From NCBI GenBank assembly GCA_001782075.1, contig MFNO01000016.1:5600-69599 (forward strand): DNA of 64,000 nucleotides. Direction: 5' to 3'. Under the pieces are notes generated by a model. The model made no database searches. It was not told the origin of the DNA and saw only the letters and a program-made list of their open reading frames with translations. Positions 31,992 to 41,902 of the stretch are shown one piece after another. How positions within the stretch are numbered: the stretch's first letter is position 1; each line of letters begins with the position of its first letter. Both the position numbers and the translations under genes were made by a program. This stretch comes from Candidatus Levybacteria bacterium RIFCSPHIGHO2_01_FULL_38_26. GTDB lineage: Bacteria > Patescibacteriota > Microgenomatia > Levybacterales > UBA12049.

Positions 31992-33065
31992 ATGGCAAAA
32001 ATTATCTTGGAGGACGGTTCGATTTTTGAAGGACAAAGTTTTGGTGCATCGATAAGTACCGCCGGTGAAGTAGTTTTTTCAACAGGAATGGTCGGGTATC
32101 CTGAGGCCCTAACCGATCCGTCATACCTAGGACAAATATTGATTCTAACGTATCCCCTAATAGGAAATTATGGGGTTCCGGAAAAAAAGTTATGGGAGTC
32201 TGACAGTTTAAAAATATCGGGGCTGATAGTCTCCAACTACATTGACACTCCCTCTCATTTCCAAAGCAAGAGAACATTAGGAGAATGGCTAAAAGATGAA
32301 AAAATTCCAGGTTTGGAAATTAAGGACACTAGATTTCTCACTCAAAAAATAAGGGCCAAAGGAACCATGCTTGGAAAAATTATTTTAGATAAAGATGTTG
32401 CTTTTTATAATCCAGACAAAGACAACCTAGTGGAAAAAGTGTCAACCAAAAAAGTTTACGTTCACACCTCGGGTGTTGGTTACGTTCACACCTCGGGAAA
32501 AAAACAAAAAACAGTTTTACTTATCGACTGCGGAGCAAAAAAAAATATAGAACGATGTCTTGTCAAAAGGGGAGCCCGAGTCATAACCGTACCTTGGGAC
32601 TATGATCCATTCAATTTACAGCACCCCTCACCCTTGAATAACTTTGACGCAATTATCATTTCAAATGGCCCCGGCGATCCAAAAATGGCTGAAAAAACAA
32701 TAAATACTATTAGCAAAGCGCTAAATAAAAAAATTCCTATTCTAGGCGTATGTCTTGGTCATCAACTCCTAACGCTTGCCGCTGGCGGAGATACAAAAAA
32801 GCTCAAATTCGGCCATCGCAGTCAAAACCAACCATGTATTTTAAAAAATTCCAACAGATGTTATATAACCACCCAAAACCACGGATTTACCGTACATAAA
32901 ATTCCAAAAGGTTTTAAAACCTGGTTTGAAAACGCAAATGATGGCTCCAACGAAGGAATAATTCACGAAAGCCTTCCAATTATGTCTGTGCAATTTCACC
33001 CGGAGTCCACTCCGGGCCCAAATGATACAGAATGGGTCTTTGACTATTTCCTGCAAAAGTTATGA
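31992..33065 (+). CDS. carA: carbamoyl-phosphate synthase small (glutaminase) subunit
   Basis: N-terminal CPSase small-chain domain, class-I GATase catalytic GVCLGHQLL ... HPE. Contains an in-frame 24-bp tandem duplication at 32456-32503. Confidence 0.9.
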   Translation: MAKIILEDGSIFEGQSFGASISTAGEVVFSTGMVGYPEALTDPSYLGQILILTYPLIGNYGVPEKKLWESDSLKISGLIVSNYIDTPSHFQSKRTLGEWLKDEKIPGLEIKDTRFLTQKIRAKGTMLGKIILDKDVAFYNPDKDNLVEKVSTKKVYVHTSGVGYVHTSGKKQKTVLLIDCGAKKNIERCLVKRGARVITVPWDYDPFNLQHPSPLNNFDAIIISNGPGDPKMAEKTINTISKALNKKIPILGVCLGHQLLTLAAGGDTKKLKFGHRSQNQPCILKNSNRCYITTQNHGFTVHKIPKGFKTWFENANDGSNEGIIHESLPIMSVQFHPESTPGPNDTEWVFDYFLQKL

Positions 33066-36000
33066 AAAAAGTATTAATTCTTGGTTCGGGTGCGCTCAAA
33101 ATAGGGGAGGCAGGGGAGTTTGACTACTCAGGCTCCCAGGCAGTCAAATCCCTCAAAGAGGAAGGAATAAAAACCGTATTGGTAAACCCAAATATAGCAA
33201 CTATCCAAACTTCCAAACTTTTGGTGGACACAGTATATTTCTTGCCTGTCAATAGTTTTTTTGTAGAGAAAATAATAAACAAAGAAAAACCGGATGGAAT
33301 TCTTTTATCATTTGGGGGACAAACTGCACTTAATTGCGGAGTAGAGCTTTACGAAAAAGGGGTGTTGGACAAAAATAAGGTTGAGGTCCTTGGTACACCT
33401 GTTTCGTCAATTATTTTAAGCGAAGATAGAGATACATTTGCCAAACATCTCCATAAAATAGGACTCCCCACTCCAAAAAGCGGTGCTGCAAAAAATATAA
33501 AAGATGCCATAAAAATATCCCAATCTGTCGGTTTTCCTGTTATGATAAGAGCGGGCTTCGCACTTGGCGGGCAGGGATCAGGAGTTGCGCACAACAAAAA
33601 ACAGCTTGAAGAAATTGTAGCCCACGCTTTGTCTTTCGCTCCGCAGGTTTTAATTGAGAAATATCTTCACCACTACAAAGAAATCGAATACGAAGTTGTG
33701 CGAGATAAATATGATAACTGCATTACCGTCTGCAACATGGAAAATATGGATCCTATGGGAATCCACACGGGTGAATCAATAGTTATAGCTCCAAGTCAAA
33801 CTCTTAATAACTTCGAATACCAAACACTGCGAAACGCGGCTATAAAAATAGCCAGAAGTCTAAATATAGTCGGGGAATGCAATGTACAATTCGCCCTTAA
33901 CCCATATCCTGAAAAAAAACTTATGAGGGGTGACGCGAGCGGAGGAGTCCAAAGGAGCGCATCTTCGTTCGAACTTGAGAGACTAGAAGGAGCACCTTTG
34001 GACGAGCGAGCGGCAGGACCCCGAACGCAAAACAATATTGACTACTACGTCATCGAGGTCAACGCCCGCCTTTCTCGAAGCTCTGCCTTGGCTTCCAAAG
34101 CCACGGGCTATCCACTAGCATACGTAGCAGCCAAACTTGCTTTGGGAAAAAATCTAACAGAAATAAAAAATAAAGTCACTCGAGTCACTCAAGTCTGCTT
34201 TGAACCAGCCCTTGATTACATAGTTGTAAAAATCCCAAGATGGGATATTGAAAAATTCAAAGGAGCTGAGGAAAAGATAGGAAGCAGCATGAAATCAGTA
34301 GGCGAAGTGATGGGAATCGGAAGAATGTTTGAGGAAGCATATCAAAAAGCAATTAGGATGCTTGATCTTGATTTTGAAGGAGCGACAAGCAAGCTGCTTC
34401 TTAAAAAAGGAGAATCTTTGACCTCACTTCTAAAAAACCCGACTCCAAAACGAATGTTTGCTATAGCCGCGGCTCTAAAACGTGGAATGTCTATAAAAAA
34501 AATCAATAACCTCACCGGGATTGATCCGTGGTTTTTGTACAGACTAAAGAATATAGTTGACGAGGAGCGAACTGAACAAAGTGAAGAAGCTCGCCTTCAA
34601 GCAAAACAAGAGAGACGTGGAAAAGCTGTCCGGAGTATTAAAAAAGCATTATCAAAAGAGCGATTGCTCCATCTCAAGCAGCTCGGTTTTTCAGATAGAA
34701 AAATCGGCGAGCTTGTCGGAACTACGGGACTTGAAATAAGAACCCTAAGAAAAAAATATAGCATAATACCCTCTGTATTCTCAATTGACACACTGGCTGG
34801 AGAATTTGAAGCAAAAACTAATTATTTATATCTCACGTACAATGGCAATCACAATGACGTTGAGCCGCTAAAGAAAAATGGCGTTATGGTCTTGGGCTCC
34901 GGTCCATATCGAATCGGCTCATCAGTTGAGTTTGACTGGACTAGCGTAAATACAGCCCAAATCCTCAAGAAGCACAACAAAAAATCAATTATTATCAACT
35001 GCAACCCAGAAACAGTCTCAACCGACTATGATATTTCAGACAGGCTTTATTTTGAGGAGCTGACTTTTGAACGAATAGCAGATATTTACGAATTTGAAAA
35101 TCCATATGGAGTCATCATATCAGTCGGCGGACAAACTCCCAACAACAGAGCTAAGTCTTTAAAAGCTCAGGGATTTAATATACTTGGAACCGATCCTGAA
35201 AATATCGATAGAGCAGAGGATAGGAGTAGATTTTCCAAACTATTAGACGAGTTAGATATATCTCAACCCGCGTGGGAAAAAGTGACAAATGTCAAACAGG
35301 CAATTTCTTTTTGCTCACGCGTTGGATACCCCGTGTTAATTCGACCATCTTATGTTCTTTCAGGAACCCTAATGCGAATTTGTCACAATGTCGACGATCT
35401 GACCCGTTTTATCAAAAAAGCAGCAATTGTCTCAAAAGAATATCCTCTCACTATTTCTAAATTTATAGAAGACGCGAAAGAAATTGAGCTGGATGCTGTT
35501 TCGAAAAACGGAGAAATCAAAGCATCTGTAATTTCCGAACACATAGAAAATGCGGGCGTTCACTCAGGAGACGCCACAATTGTTCTTCCTGTACAAAAGA
35601 TATATGTGAGTACTCAGCGAAAAATTGAAGAAATTGGCAGCAAAATTGCTTCAAGGCTTATGGTCAGCGGACCGTTTAATATCCAATTTTTGGCAAAAGA
35701 CAATCAAGTCCAGGTTATAGAAGTAAATCTTCGCTCATCAAGAACATTCCCATTTATATCAAAAGTGACAGGAATTGATCTTATAAAATTATCTGTCGAT
35801 TCGTTTTTCGGTGAAAGCACTATAGAAAATGATTCAATCCAAAATGTGGAAAATATGAATTTTGTTGCCGTAAAAGCTGCTCAATTTTCTTTTGCGAGAT
35901 TAACGGGCGCGGATCCAATCCTCCATGTTGAGATGGCCTCAACAGGTGAGGTTGCCTGCTTCGGTGAAGATTTGGAAGAAGCATTCCTCAAGGCAGAACT

Positions 36001-36442
36001 TGCGGTGGGTGGAAAAATTCCTAAAAAAGGAATTTTCCTAAGTCTTGGAGCGGAAGAGAACAAAATGAAATTTTTGGAATCTGCGAAAATGATTCAAAAA
36101 TTAAATATCCCGATCTATGCAACAGAAAAAACATCGGCTTTCTATAACAAAAACGGAGTATCAGTAAAACCGCTTTTTAAAATTCATGAAAAAAAATCTC
36201 CCAATATTCTTGAGTGTTTTGAAAGGGGCAGGGTGGACCTGGCTGTAAATATAGTTGATTCACACGTCAAAAAAATTATTGACGATGATTATGCAATTCG
36301 GCGCGCCGCAGTTGATCACAACATCCCACTTTTTACAGACATAAAAAAAGCAGAACTTTTTATAAAAGCAATCACTTCAAAAAAACTAGAAACTCTCCCA
36401 ATAAAATCCTGGGACGAGTACCTTCATTCCGTGGTAAAATAA
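33062..36442 (+). CDS. carB: carbamoyl-phosphate synthase large subunit
   Basis: Two ATP-grasp halves (…EVNARLSRSSALASKATGYP…; second half …EVNLRSSRTFPFISKVTG…), oligomerisation and MGS-like domains. Carries an atypical ~40-aa GC-rich insertion near residue 290. Confidence 0.95.
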   Translation: MKKVLILGSGALKIGEAGEFDYSGSQAVKSLKEEGIKTVLVNPNIATIQTSKLLVDTVYFLPVNSFFVEKIINKEKPDGILLSFGGQTALNCGVELYEKGVLDKNKVEVLGTPVSSIILSEDRDTFAKHLHKIGLPTPKSGAAKNIKDAIKISQSVGFPVMIRAGFALGGQGSGVAHNKKQLEEIVAHALSFAPQVLIEKYLHHYKEIEYEVVRDKYDNCITVCNMENMDPMGIHTGESIVIAPSQTLNNFEYQTLRNAAIKIARSLNIVGECNVQFALNPYPEKKLMRGDASGGVQRSASSFELERLEGAPLDERAAGPRTQNNIDYYVIEVNARLSRSSALASKATGYPLAYVAAKLALGKNLTEIKNKVTRVTQVCFEPALDYIVVKIPRWDIEKFKGAEEKIGSSMKSVGEVMGIGRMFEEAYQKAIRMLDLDFEGATSKLLLKKGESLTSLLKNPTPKRMFAIAAALKRGMSIKKINNLTGIDPWFLYRLKNIVDEERTEQSEEARLQAKQERRGKAVRSIKKALSKERLLHLKQLGFSDRKIGELVGTTGLEIRTLRKKYSIIPSVFSIDTLAGEFEAKTNYLYLTYNGNHNDVEPLKKNGVMVLGSGPYRIGSSVEFDWTSVNTAQILKKHNKKSIIINCNPETVSTDYDISDRLYFEELTFERIADIYEFENPYGVIISVGGQTPNNRAKSLKAQGFNILGTDPENIDRAEDRSRFSKLLDELDISQPAWEKVTNVKQAISFCSRVGYPVLIRPSYVLSGTLMRICHNVDDLTRFIKKAAIVSKEYPLTISKFIEDAKEIELDAVSKNGEIKASVISEHIENAGVHSGDATIVLPVQKIYVSTQRKIEEIGSKIASRLMVSGPFNIQFLAKDNQVQVIEVNLRSSRTFPFISKVTGIDLIKLSVDSFFGESTIENDSIQNVENMNFVAVKAAQFSFARLTGADPILHVEMASTGEVACFGEDLEEAFLKAELAVGGKIPKKGIFLSLGAEENKMKFLESAKMIQKLNIPIYATEKTSAFYNKNGVSVKPLFKIHEKKSPNILECFERGRVDLAVNIVDSHVKKIIDDDYAIRRAAVDHNIPLFTDIKKAELFIKAITSKKLETLPIKSWDEYLHSVVK

Positions 36443-36447
36443 TCTTA

Positions 36448-38220
36448 ATGAGACGTATTATTCTTCTGGTAGCGCTAATATTTCTCTTTTTAATAAAGCC
36501 TCATGTTCACGCAGATGAGGGATGGACTATCGACAATTTCCACTCGGATATTGAAATCCAAAACACAGGAGAAATTCTGATATCCGAAAAAATAGATGTT
36601 GATTTTAACACTCTGTCAAAGCATGGAATCTTTAGAGACATTCCTTATGCTTATGAGTCCAATGGCAAGAAGTCATATACAGAGATTGAAATTATAGATA
36701 TTTTTCAAAATAATTCTAAAGCAAAATATAATATAAATAAGGATCAAGATTATATTCGCCTTAAGATTGGTGATGCCCAAAAAGAAATTTCAGGAGAAAA
36801 TTCTTATATTATCAATTACAGAGCAAAAGGAATATTAAGAGGTTTTACCGATTACGATGAATTGTACTGGAATGTAACAGGAGATAACTGGCCGGTTCCA
36901 ATAACCAATGCGTCTGCCTCCGTAACTTTGCCAAAAGAAGGAATTTTAGAAGTTACTTGCTTCCAAGGATTTTATGGATCACAAGAAATATGCAATTCAA
37001 ATATTTTATCTCCCGCAAATGCTTTTTTTGAAACTAATAAAAACCTTGACTCCCAAGAGGGAATGACAATTGTTGCAGGGTACAACAAAGGACTTGTGCC
37101 TATATTAACTGTCCAAAAACCTCTGACTCTTTGGGACAAGTTTTGGACGCTGCCGTCTCTTGCAACTTTGATTACAGTAATTTTGTTTGGAATCGTTACC
37201 GTATTTATAATATGGTACAAATACGGACGTGATTACTGGTTTTCGCAAAAATATGTCTTTGACCCTAACGCCAAAAGAGAGTTAAAACCAATTGGCGCAA
37301 AAGAAACAATCGTTCCTGAATTCACGCCGCCAGAAAATCTTTCTCCGGCAGAACTTGGAATACTTGTTGACGAACGCGCAAATACTCTTGACGTAGTAGC
37401 AACAATCATTGATCTTGCTGCTCGTGGTTACCTGACTATAAAAGAGGTTCCCAAAAAATGGCTTTTTGGAAATAAAGATTATGTTCTAAATAAACGAAAG
37501 AAAAATAATACATCATATGATCTAAAATATTTTGAAAAGAGCCTTTTGGACAAGCTGTTTAAAGATGTAGACGAAGTATCGATTTCAGATTTAAAAACAA
37601 ATTTTTACACGGATCTTAAGCAAATTAAAGATGAGCTATACAAACACGTTGTCACAAAAAATTTATTCCCCTCAAATCCAGATCGTGTAAGGTTAAAATA
37701 TTTAGCTTTAGGATTTGTAGCCGTAGCGTGGGGATCTATAACAACTTTTCTTAGTAGTAATTTTGAATGGATTTGGCCATTTGATATCGGACTAGGAATA
37801 ATAACGAGCGGATTAATTCTTATAATAATGTCCCGCTTTATGTCCAAAAGAACAGCGCATGGACGGGAATTATATAGAAGGACAAAAGGTTTCCAATTAT
37901 TTATAAGTCAAGCGGAAAAATACAGACAACGGTTTTTTGAAAAAGAAAATATGTTTAATGAAATCCTACCCTATGCAATTGTATTTGGCCTTACAACAAA
38001 GTTTGCAAAAGCTATGGAAAAAATCGCACTACACCCACAAACGTCTTCCTGGTACATAGGCTCAAGATCTTTTAATATTGCAGTTTTTAGCTCTAGTATA
38101 AATAGTTTTTCAAACTCTCTTTCATCAGCAATAGCCGCGACTCCAAAAGGAAGCGGGTTTTCTAGAGGAGGCGGGTTTAGCGGCGGCGGATTTGGCGGCG
38201 GCGGGGGAGGGAGTTGGTAA
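36448..38220 (+). CDS. DUF2207-like membrane protein with C-terminal Gly-rich tail
   Basis: Signal peptide, ~220-aa extracytoplasmic domain, TM, cytoplasmic region, two further TMs, terminal GGGFSGGGFGGGGGGSW. Architecture recalled for DUF2207. Confidence 0.5.
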   Translation: MRRIILLVALIFLFLIKPHVHADEGWTIDNFHSDIEIQNTGEILISEKIDVDFNTLSKHGIFRDIPYAYESNGKKSYTEIEIIDIFQNNSKAKYNINKDQDYIRLKIGDAQKEISGENSYIINYRAKGILRGFTDYDELYWNVTGDNWPVPITNASASVTLPKEGILEVTCFQGFYGSQEICNSNILSPANAFFETNKNLDSQEGMTIVAGYNKGLVPILTVQKPLTLWDKFWTLPSLATLITVILFGIVTVFIIWYKYGRDYWFSQKYVFDPNAKRELKPIGAKETIVPEFTPPENLSPAELGILVDERANTLDVVATIIDLAARGYLTIKEVPKKWLFGNKDYVLNKRKKNNTSYDLKYFEKSLLDKLFKDVDEVSISDLKTNFYTDLKQIKDELYKHVVTKNLFPSNPDRVRLKYLALGFVAVAWGSITTFLSSNFEWIWPFDIGLGIITSGLILIIMSRFMSKRTAHGRELYRRTKGFQLFISQAEKYRQRFFEKENMFNEILPYAIVFGLTTKFAKAMEKIALHPQTSSWYIGSRSFNIAVFSSSINSFSNSLSSAIAATPKGSGFSRGGGFSGGGFGGGGGGSW

Positions 38221-38240
38221 AAATATAAATATAATCACAT

Positions 38241-38678
38241 TTATTCACTTAACATGTCTTTTATTTTATTAAAATTTACCTGTGTTTTAATTTTCCTTAA
38301 TGTGTTTCTATATCCAATAATTTCGTCAGGGTACGCATCATGAAAAAATCCCTCTCTATTAAGTCTTTTGGCATAATAACTCTCCTGCCCCTCAGGGCCA
38401 CTTTTTGAAACAAAAAAAGGATCCATACCTTTAATGGTAAATTTTACTCTTCCAGCTCTTTCTAAATTATTTCCAGCCTTCATTTCCATTGTAACTATTG
38501 GCTTCTCTGACTCATCACTAAATCGAAAAACCTGGTATCTTAACCACATAAATCCTTTTTCTTCAGTCCCATTATTTTTCAACAATTCAATTGCAGTCTT
38601 AAATATTTCACCTTTCAACAAGTCCAATTTTTCCGCGCACCTTCCCTCATTATTTACATTATAATTCTCTATACTCAT
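38241..38678 (-). CDS. hypothetical protein (145 aa)
   Basis: ORF only; no motif recognised. Confidence 0.35.
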   Translation of the reverse strand: MSIENYNVNNEGRCAEKLDLLKGEIFKTAIELLKNNGTEEKGFMWLRYQVFRFSDESEKPIVTMEMKAGNNLERAGRVKFTIKGMDPFFVSKSGPEGQESYYAKRLNREGFFHDAYPDEIIGYRNTLRKIKTQVNFNKIKDMLSE

Positions 38679-38737
38679 CTCGCAAGCCTAACATAAACTT
38701 TTGCAAAATTCAATATTTGTTTGATAAAATAAAGCCA

Positions 38738-39802
38738 ATGTCATTAATCAACCTTCCAGGGCTAATCGATCCTCATGTTCATCTAAGAGACCCTGGCCAA
38801 ACAGAAAAAGAAGATTTTTATGCCGGCACTTGCGCGGCCATCGCCGGGGGATACACAACTATAATAGACATGCCGAATAATAAATTCCCTATTACGACTC
38901 TTGAGAGGCTTGAGGAAAAAATTTCAATTGCCAAGAGAAAAATTGCTTGTGATGTTGGATTTTATTTCGGATCAGCAGGAGACAACTTAGACGAATTTGA
39001 AAAAGCAAAAGACAAAGTCCTAGGTCTGAAATTATATCTCAACCAAACAACAGGTAATCTTTTGATCTTTAAAAATTTGCTGGAAAAAACATTTTATGCA
39101 TGGTCCAAATCTTGTTCCAAACCAATCCTTGTTCATGCAGAAGACAAATCAGTTGAAGACCTTATAAATATAGTTAAAAAAATAAATACTCCCACTCATT
39201 TTTGCCATATAAGTCTGAAGTCAGAGTTAAAAATGATAATAGATGCAAAAGAGAAGGGGATACCGGTTACATGCGGCGTTACTCCTCATCATTTGTTCCT
39301 GACAGAAAAAGATGTGAAAATACTTGGACCTTTTGGACAAATGAAACCGCCTCTTTCGAGTAAAAAAGATCAAGACTTCCTTTGGAAGTATTTAAGGTAT
39401 ATTGACGTAGTTGAATCCGATCATGCACCGCATACTATAGATGAAAAAAGGGGAAAGGGGACTGTTTTCGGTGTTCCGGGACTTGAGACAACACTCCCTC
39501 TTTTACTAACAGCTGTTTCTGAAAACCGATTAATATTTGATGACATTATCCGACTCTGCCACACAAATCCATCCAAAATATTTGGTATTAAAACTGATTC
39601 ACAAACAAAAATCGAAATCGATCTTCAAAAATCATACATCATAAATCGTAAATCATTGTTTACCAAATGCGGCTGGTCACCGTTTGAAGGATGGAAATTA
39701 AAAGGAAAAGTGAAAAGAGTTTTTATAAGAGGAGAGAAGGTTTTTGAAGACGAAAAAATCCTTGCAATGCTGGGATCAGGAGAAACTATAATGAATACTT
39801 AA
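38738..39802 (+). CDS. pyrC: dihydroorotase
   Basis: LIDPHVHLRDPG and DHAPH metal-binding motifs of the DHOase/amidohydrolase family. ATG 38738 preferred: extended -10 TGaTAAAAT at 38722-38730 suggests a leaderless start. Confidence 0.8.
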   Translation: MSLINLPGLIDPHVHLRDPGQTEKEDFYAGTCAAIAGGYTTIIDMPNNKFPITTLERLEEKISIAKRKIACDVGFYFGSAGDNLDEFEKAKDKVLGLKLYLNQTTGNLLIFKNLLEKTFYAWSKSCSKPILVHAEDKSVEDLINIVKKINTPTHFCHISLKSELKMIIDAKEKGIPVTCGVTPHHLFLTEKDVKILGPFGQMKPPLSSKKDQDFLWKYLRYIDVVESDHAPHTIDEKRGKGTVFGVPGLETTLPLLLTAVSENRLIFDDIIRLCHTNPSKIFGIKTDSQTKIEIDLQKSYIINRKSLFTKCGWSPFEGWKLKGKVKRVFIRGEKVFEDEKILAMLGSGETIMNT

Positions 39803-39806
39803 CCGT

Positions 39807-40400
39807 CTATAATGCTTGGTGTAATTGAACATTCCTTGTCTCATGTACTCTTCTACAAAAATCCCTAGCTTCTTTGTCTGTTATTTCTGTGGATCTAAAA
39901 CCTGTATATTTTTTATCGCTAAATAAAGATATAGAATTACCATCAACTAAAGAAGTAAGATTATTAAACTCCTGCGGAATTCCAATACTAAAAGCAGTTG
40001 TTTTTCCCGGATAAAATCCCCTTCCTCTTTCATCCTTTTTATAATAGACAAATTCTGCAGTTACCCCTTCTTTTTCCCGTAATATTCCATCCTCTTTAAC
40101 ATAATCAGTCTGAATCTTTATACTATATCCTCCGCTATTATTCGGCCCTAAAAATACGTAATTCAGTTTTCTTTCGTCATCTCTAACACTTGGGTCACTG
40201 CCGCCAATCTCTCCCTCCGCAAGTTCATTACGATCTCTGGGACTTGAAAGCTTCTTCATGCCTGAAACGAAATTATTAAAATCCTGATATACAAAATCGT
40301 CTTTCCTCAAAATCTCCGCAAGCTGAGCCTCCAGTTCTTCTTTCGATTCTAAACTAAGATTTTCCCTGAGGGTCCTACTAGGGAATTCTGCTAACGACAT
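39807..40400 (-). CDS. hypothetical protein (197 aa)
   Basis: ORF only. Confidence 0.35.
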   Translation of the reverse strand: MSLAEFPSRTLRENLSLESKEELEAQLAEILRKDDFVYQDFNNFVSGMKKLSSPRDRNELAEGEIGGSDPSVRDDERKLNYVFLGPNNSGGYSIKIQTDYVKEDGILREKEGVTAEFVYYKKDERGRGFYPGKTTAFSIGIPQEFNNLTSLVDGNSISLFSDKKYTGFRSTEITDKEARDFCRRVHETRNVQLHQAL

Positions 40401-40575
40401 GGTTACACATTAACACATAAATTACTCTTTTTCAATATCAAAAATCAATCACGCTATTTACGGTTTTTTACCGAATCGTCAATAGAAAACCGATACGGGA
40501 TCGATAAAGCTTTGACGATGTGGAAATTTAACTTTTCTTGACTAATTAAAGCTTAAACTATATAGTCAAATTAAG

Positions 40576-41352
40576 ATGAGTACTGATTCCGGAGTAATTG
40601 AACTGACTCCTCCAGCGGCACCGGTTGAACATCGTCCTGGTCGTCCAGATTGGAGCTACTCAAAAAATTTTGAACAAAGCCATAGAAATAATCCGCTTTA
40701 TGAAGAAAGATACGATCCTGAAATAGGCAAAGAAATATTTTTTGCAGGAAGACGAATAATCCGACGCGATAACCCTATAAACGGAGGCGTTTACTTAGTT
40801 GGTGGAGCAGGAGAGGCTGCGGTTGTTGATGATGTAAAAGATCCAGCTTTAAATAACGTTTATAATAACTTTAGAGCACTTCTCCCAAAAGATTCAGAAG
40901 GAACTAGAAGAAATGCTTTGAATGTCGCCTGGGATTTAGCACAAAAACAAATCCCATATAGCCAAGAAAAGGTCGATATTATTCATAATGAAAATGACAT
41001 CAAAACAGACAGAAAAATCCTTCTTGGAGCATATATAGGAAAAGGGGGTGTATGCAGACATCAGGCCTTACTGGCCGGGTATCTACTCGAAAAACTGACC
41101 CAAGAAGGCATACTTGGCGGAAAAGTCTCTGTAGATAGAAACTTTATCGAAGGTCGAGGCGGTCATGCCTGGGTAAGATATACCAACAGCCGAGAAGAGG
41201 TGTTTATATTGGATCCCGCGCAAGACTATAAAGGTACGCTCAAAGACGCCCCAAAAAATGGATGGGACTACAGAAGACCCGAAGACTCGGCAGGTCCTGT
41301 TGTCAATAAACTAAATCAAATCCGCTCGCAACTAAAAAAATTTACTAAATAA
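40576..41352 (+). CDS. transglutaminase-like (papain-fold Cys-His-Asp) domain protein
   Basis: GGVCRHQALLAGYLL (catalytic Cys context), GGHAWVRY (His), ILDPAQD (Asp) in the order and spacing of transglutaminase-like cysteine proteases. Confidence 0.5.
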   Translation: MSTDSGVIELTPPAAPVEHRPGRPDWSYSKNFEQSHRNNPLYEERYDPEIGKEIFFAGRRIIRRDNPINGGVYLVGGAGEAAVVDDVKDPALNNVYNNFRALLPKDSEGTRRNALNVAWDLAQKQIPYSQEKVDIIHNENDIKTDRKILLGAYIGKGGVCRHQALLAGYLLEKLTQEGILGGKVSVDRNFIEGRGGHAWVRYTNSREEVFILDPAQDYKGTLKDAPKNGWDYRRPEDSAGPVVNKLNQIRSQLKKFTK

Positions 41353-41356
41353 AACT

Positions 41357-41902
41357 TTAACCTTCAAGCTGCTGTGGTCTTGCAAAAGCATTTCTTGCAA
41401 AATTCAAAAAAATTGGCCCCATGCGACCACGTGGGTGTTTATTGTTAGATACCGCCTGCCTAATTTGCCCTAAAGTTCTATATTCTTTCCTTTTGAACGT
41501 GTTCAGAAATCCAGAATAGGCAGCCTTTACTCTTTTATCTATGGGTAAAAGATCTAATTCATTCAGTCTGCCCAGTTCAAGATCACTGATTCTCACTTCA
41601 TTTCCTAAATATTGACCGACATTTTCATTAATCTCTTTTGCCACACTAACGCTCAACAATGGCTTACCGGCGGCAATGTCTATTTTTGAAAGAATATCGG
41701 CTATTTTTAATCTAGCTTCTTCCATTTTGCCAAATTTTATAGGGAATTGGTCTGGAACGCCTGCTATTCTGAAGTTCACTGCATCAGCTTCTAACATAGC
41801 TGCCTCAGCCAAAAAACCATTCTGCCTATATTCTCTGGCTAAGTTTTCTAATTTTGATACCATAGTTCGCGCATTATAACACCAGGCTTCACTTATTTCC
41901 AC
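41357..41902 (-). CDS. hypothetical protein co-transcribed with the Xer-like recombinase
   Basis: 181 aa; start overlaps the recombinase stop by 14 nt. Confidence 0.4.
   Translation of the reverse strand: MEISEAWCYNARTMVSKLENLAREYRQNGFLAEAAMLEADAVNFRIAGVPDQFPIKFGKMEEARLKIADILSKIDIAAGKPLLSVSVAKEINENVGQYLGNEVRISDLELGRLNELDLLPIDKRVKAAYSGFLNTFKRKEYRTLGQIRQAVSNNKHPRGRMGPIFLNFARNAFARPQQLEG

Noticed and set aside
38150-38220. Gly-rich C-terminal tail GGGFSGGGFGGGGGGSW of the DUF2207-like protein
   Set aside because: Low-complexity protein tail characteristic of the family, not a nucleotide repeat element.
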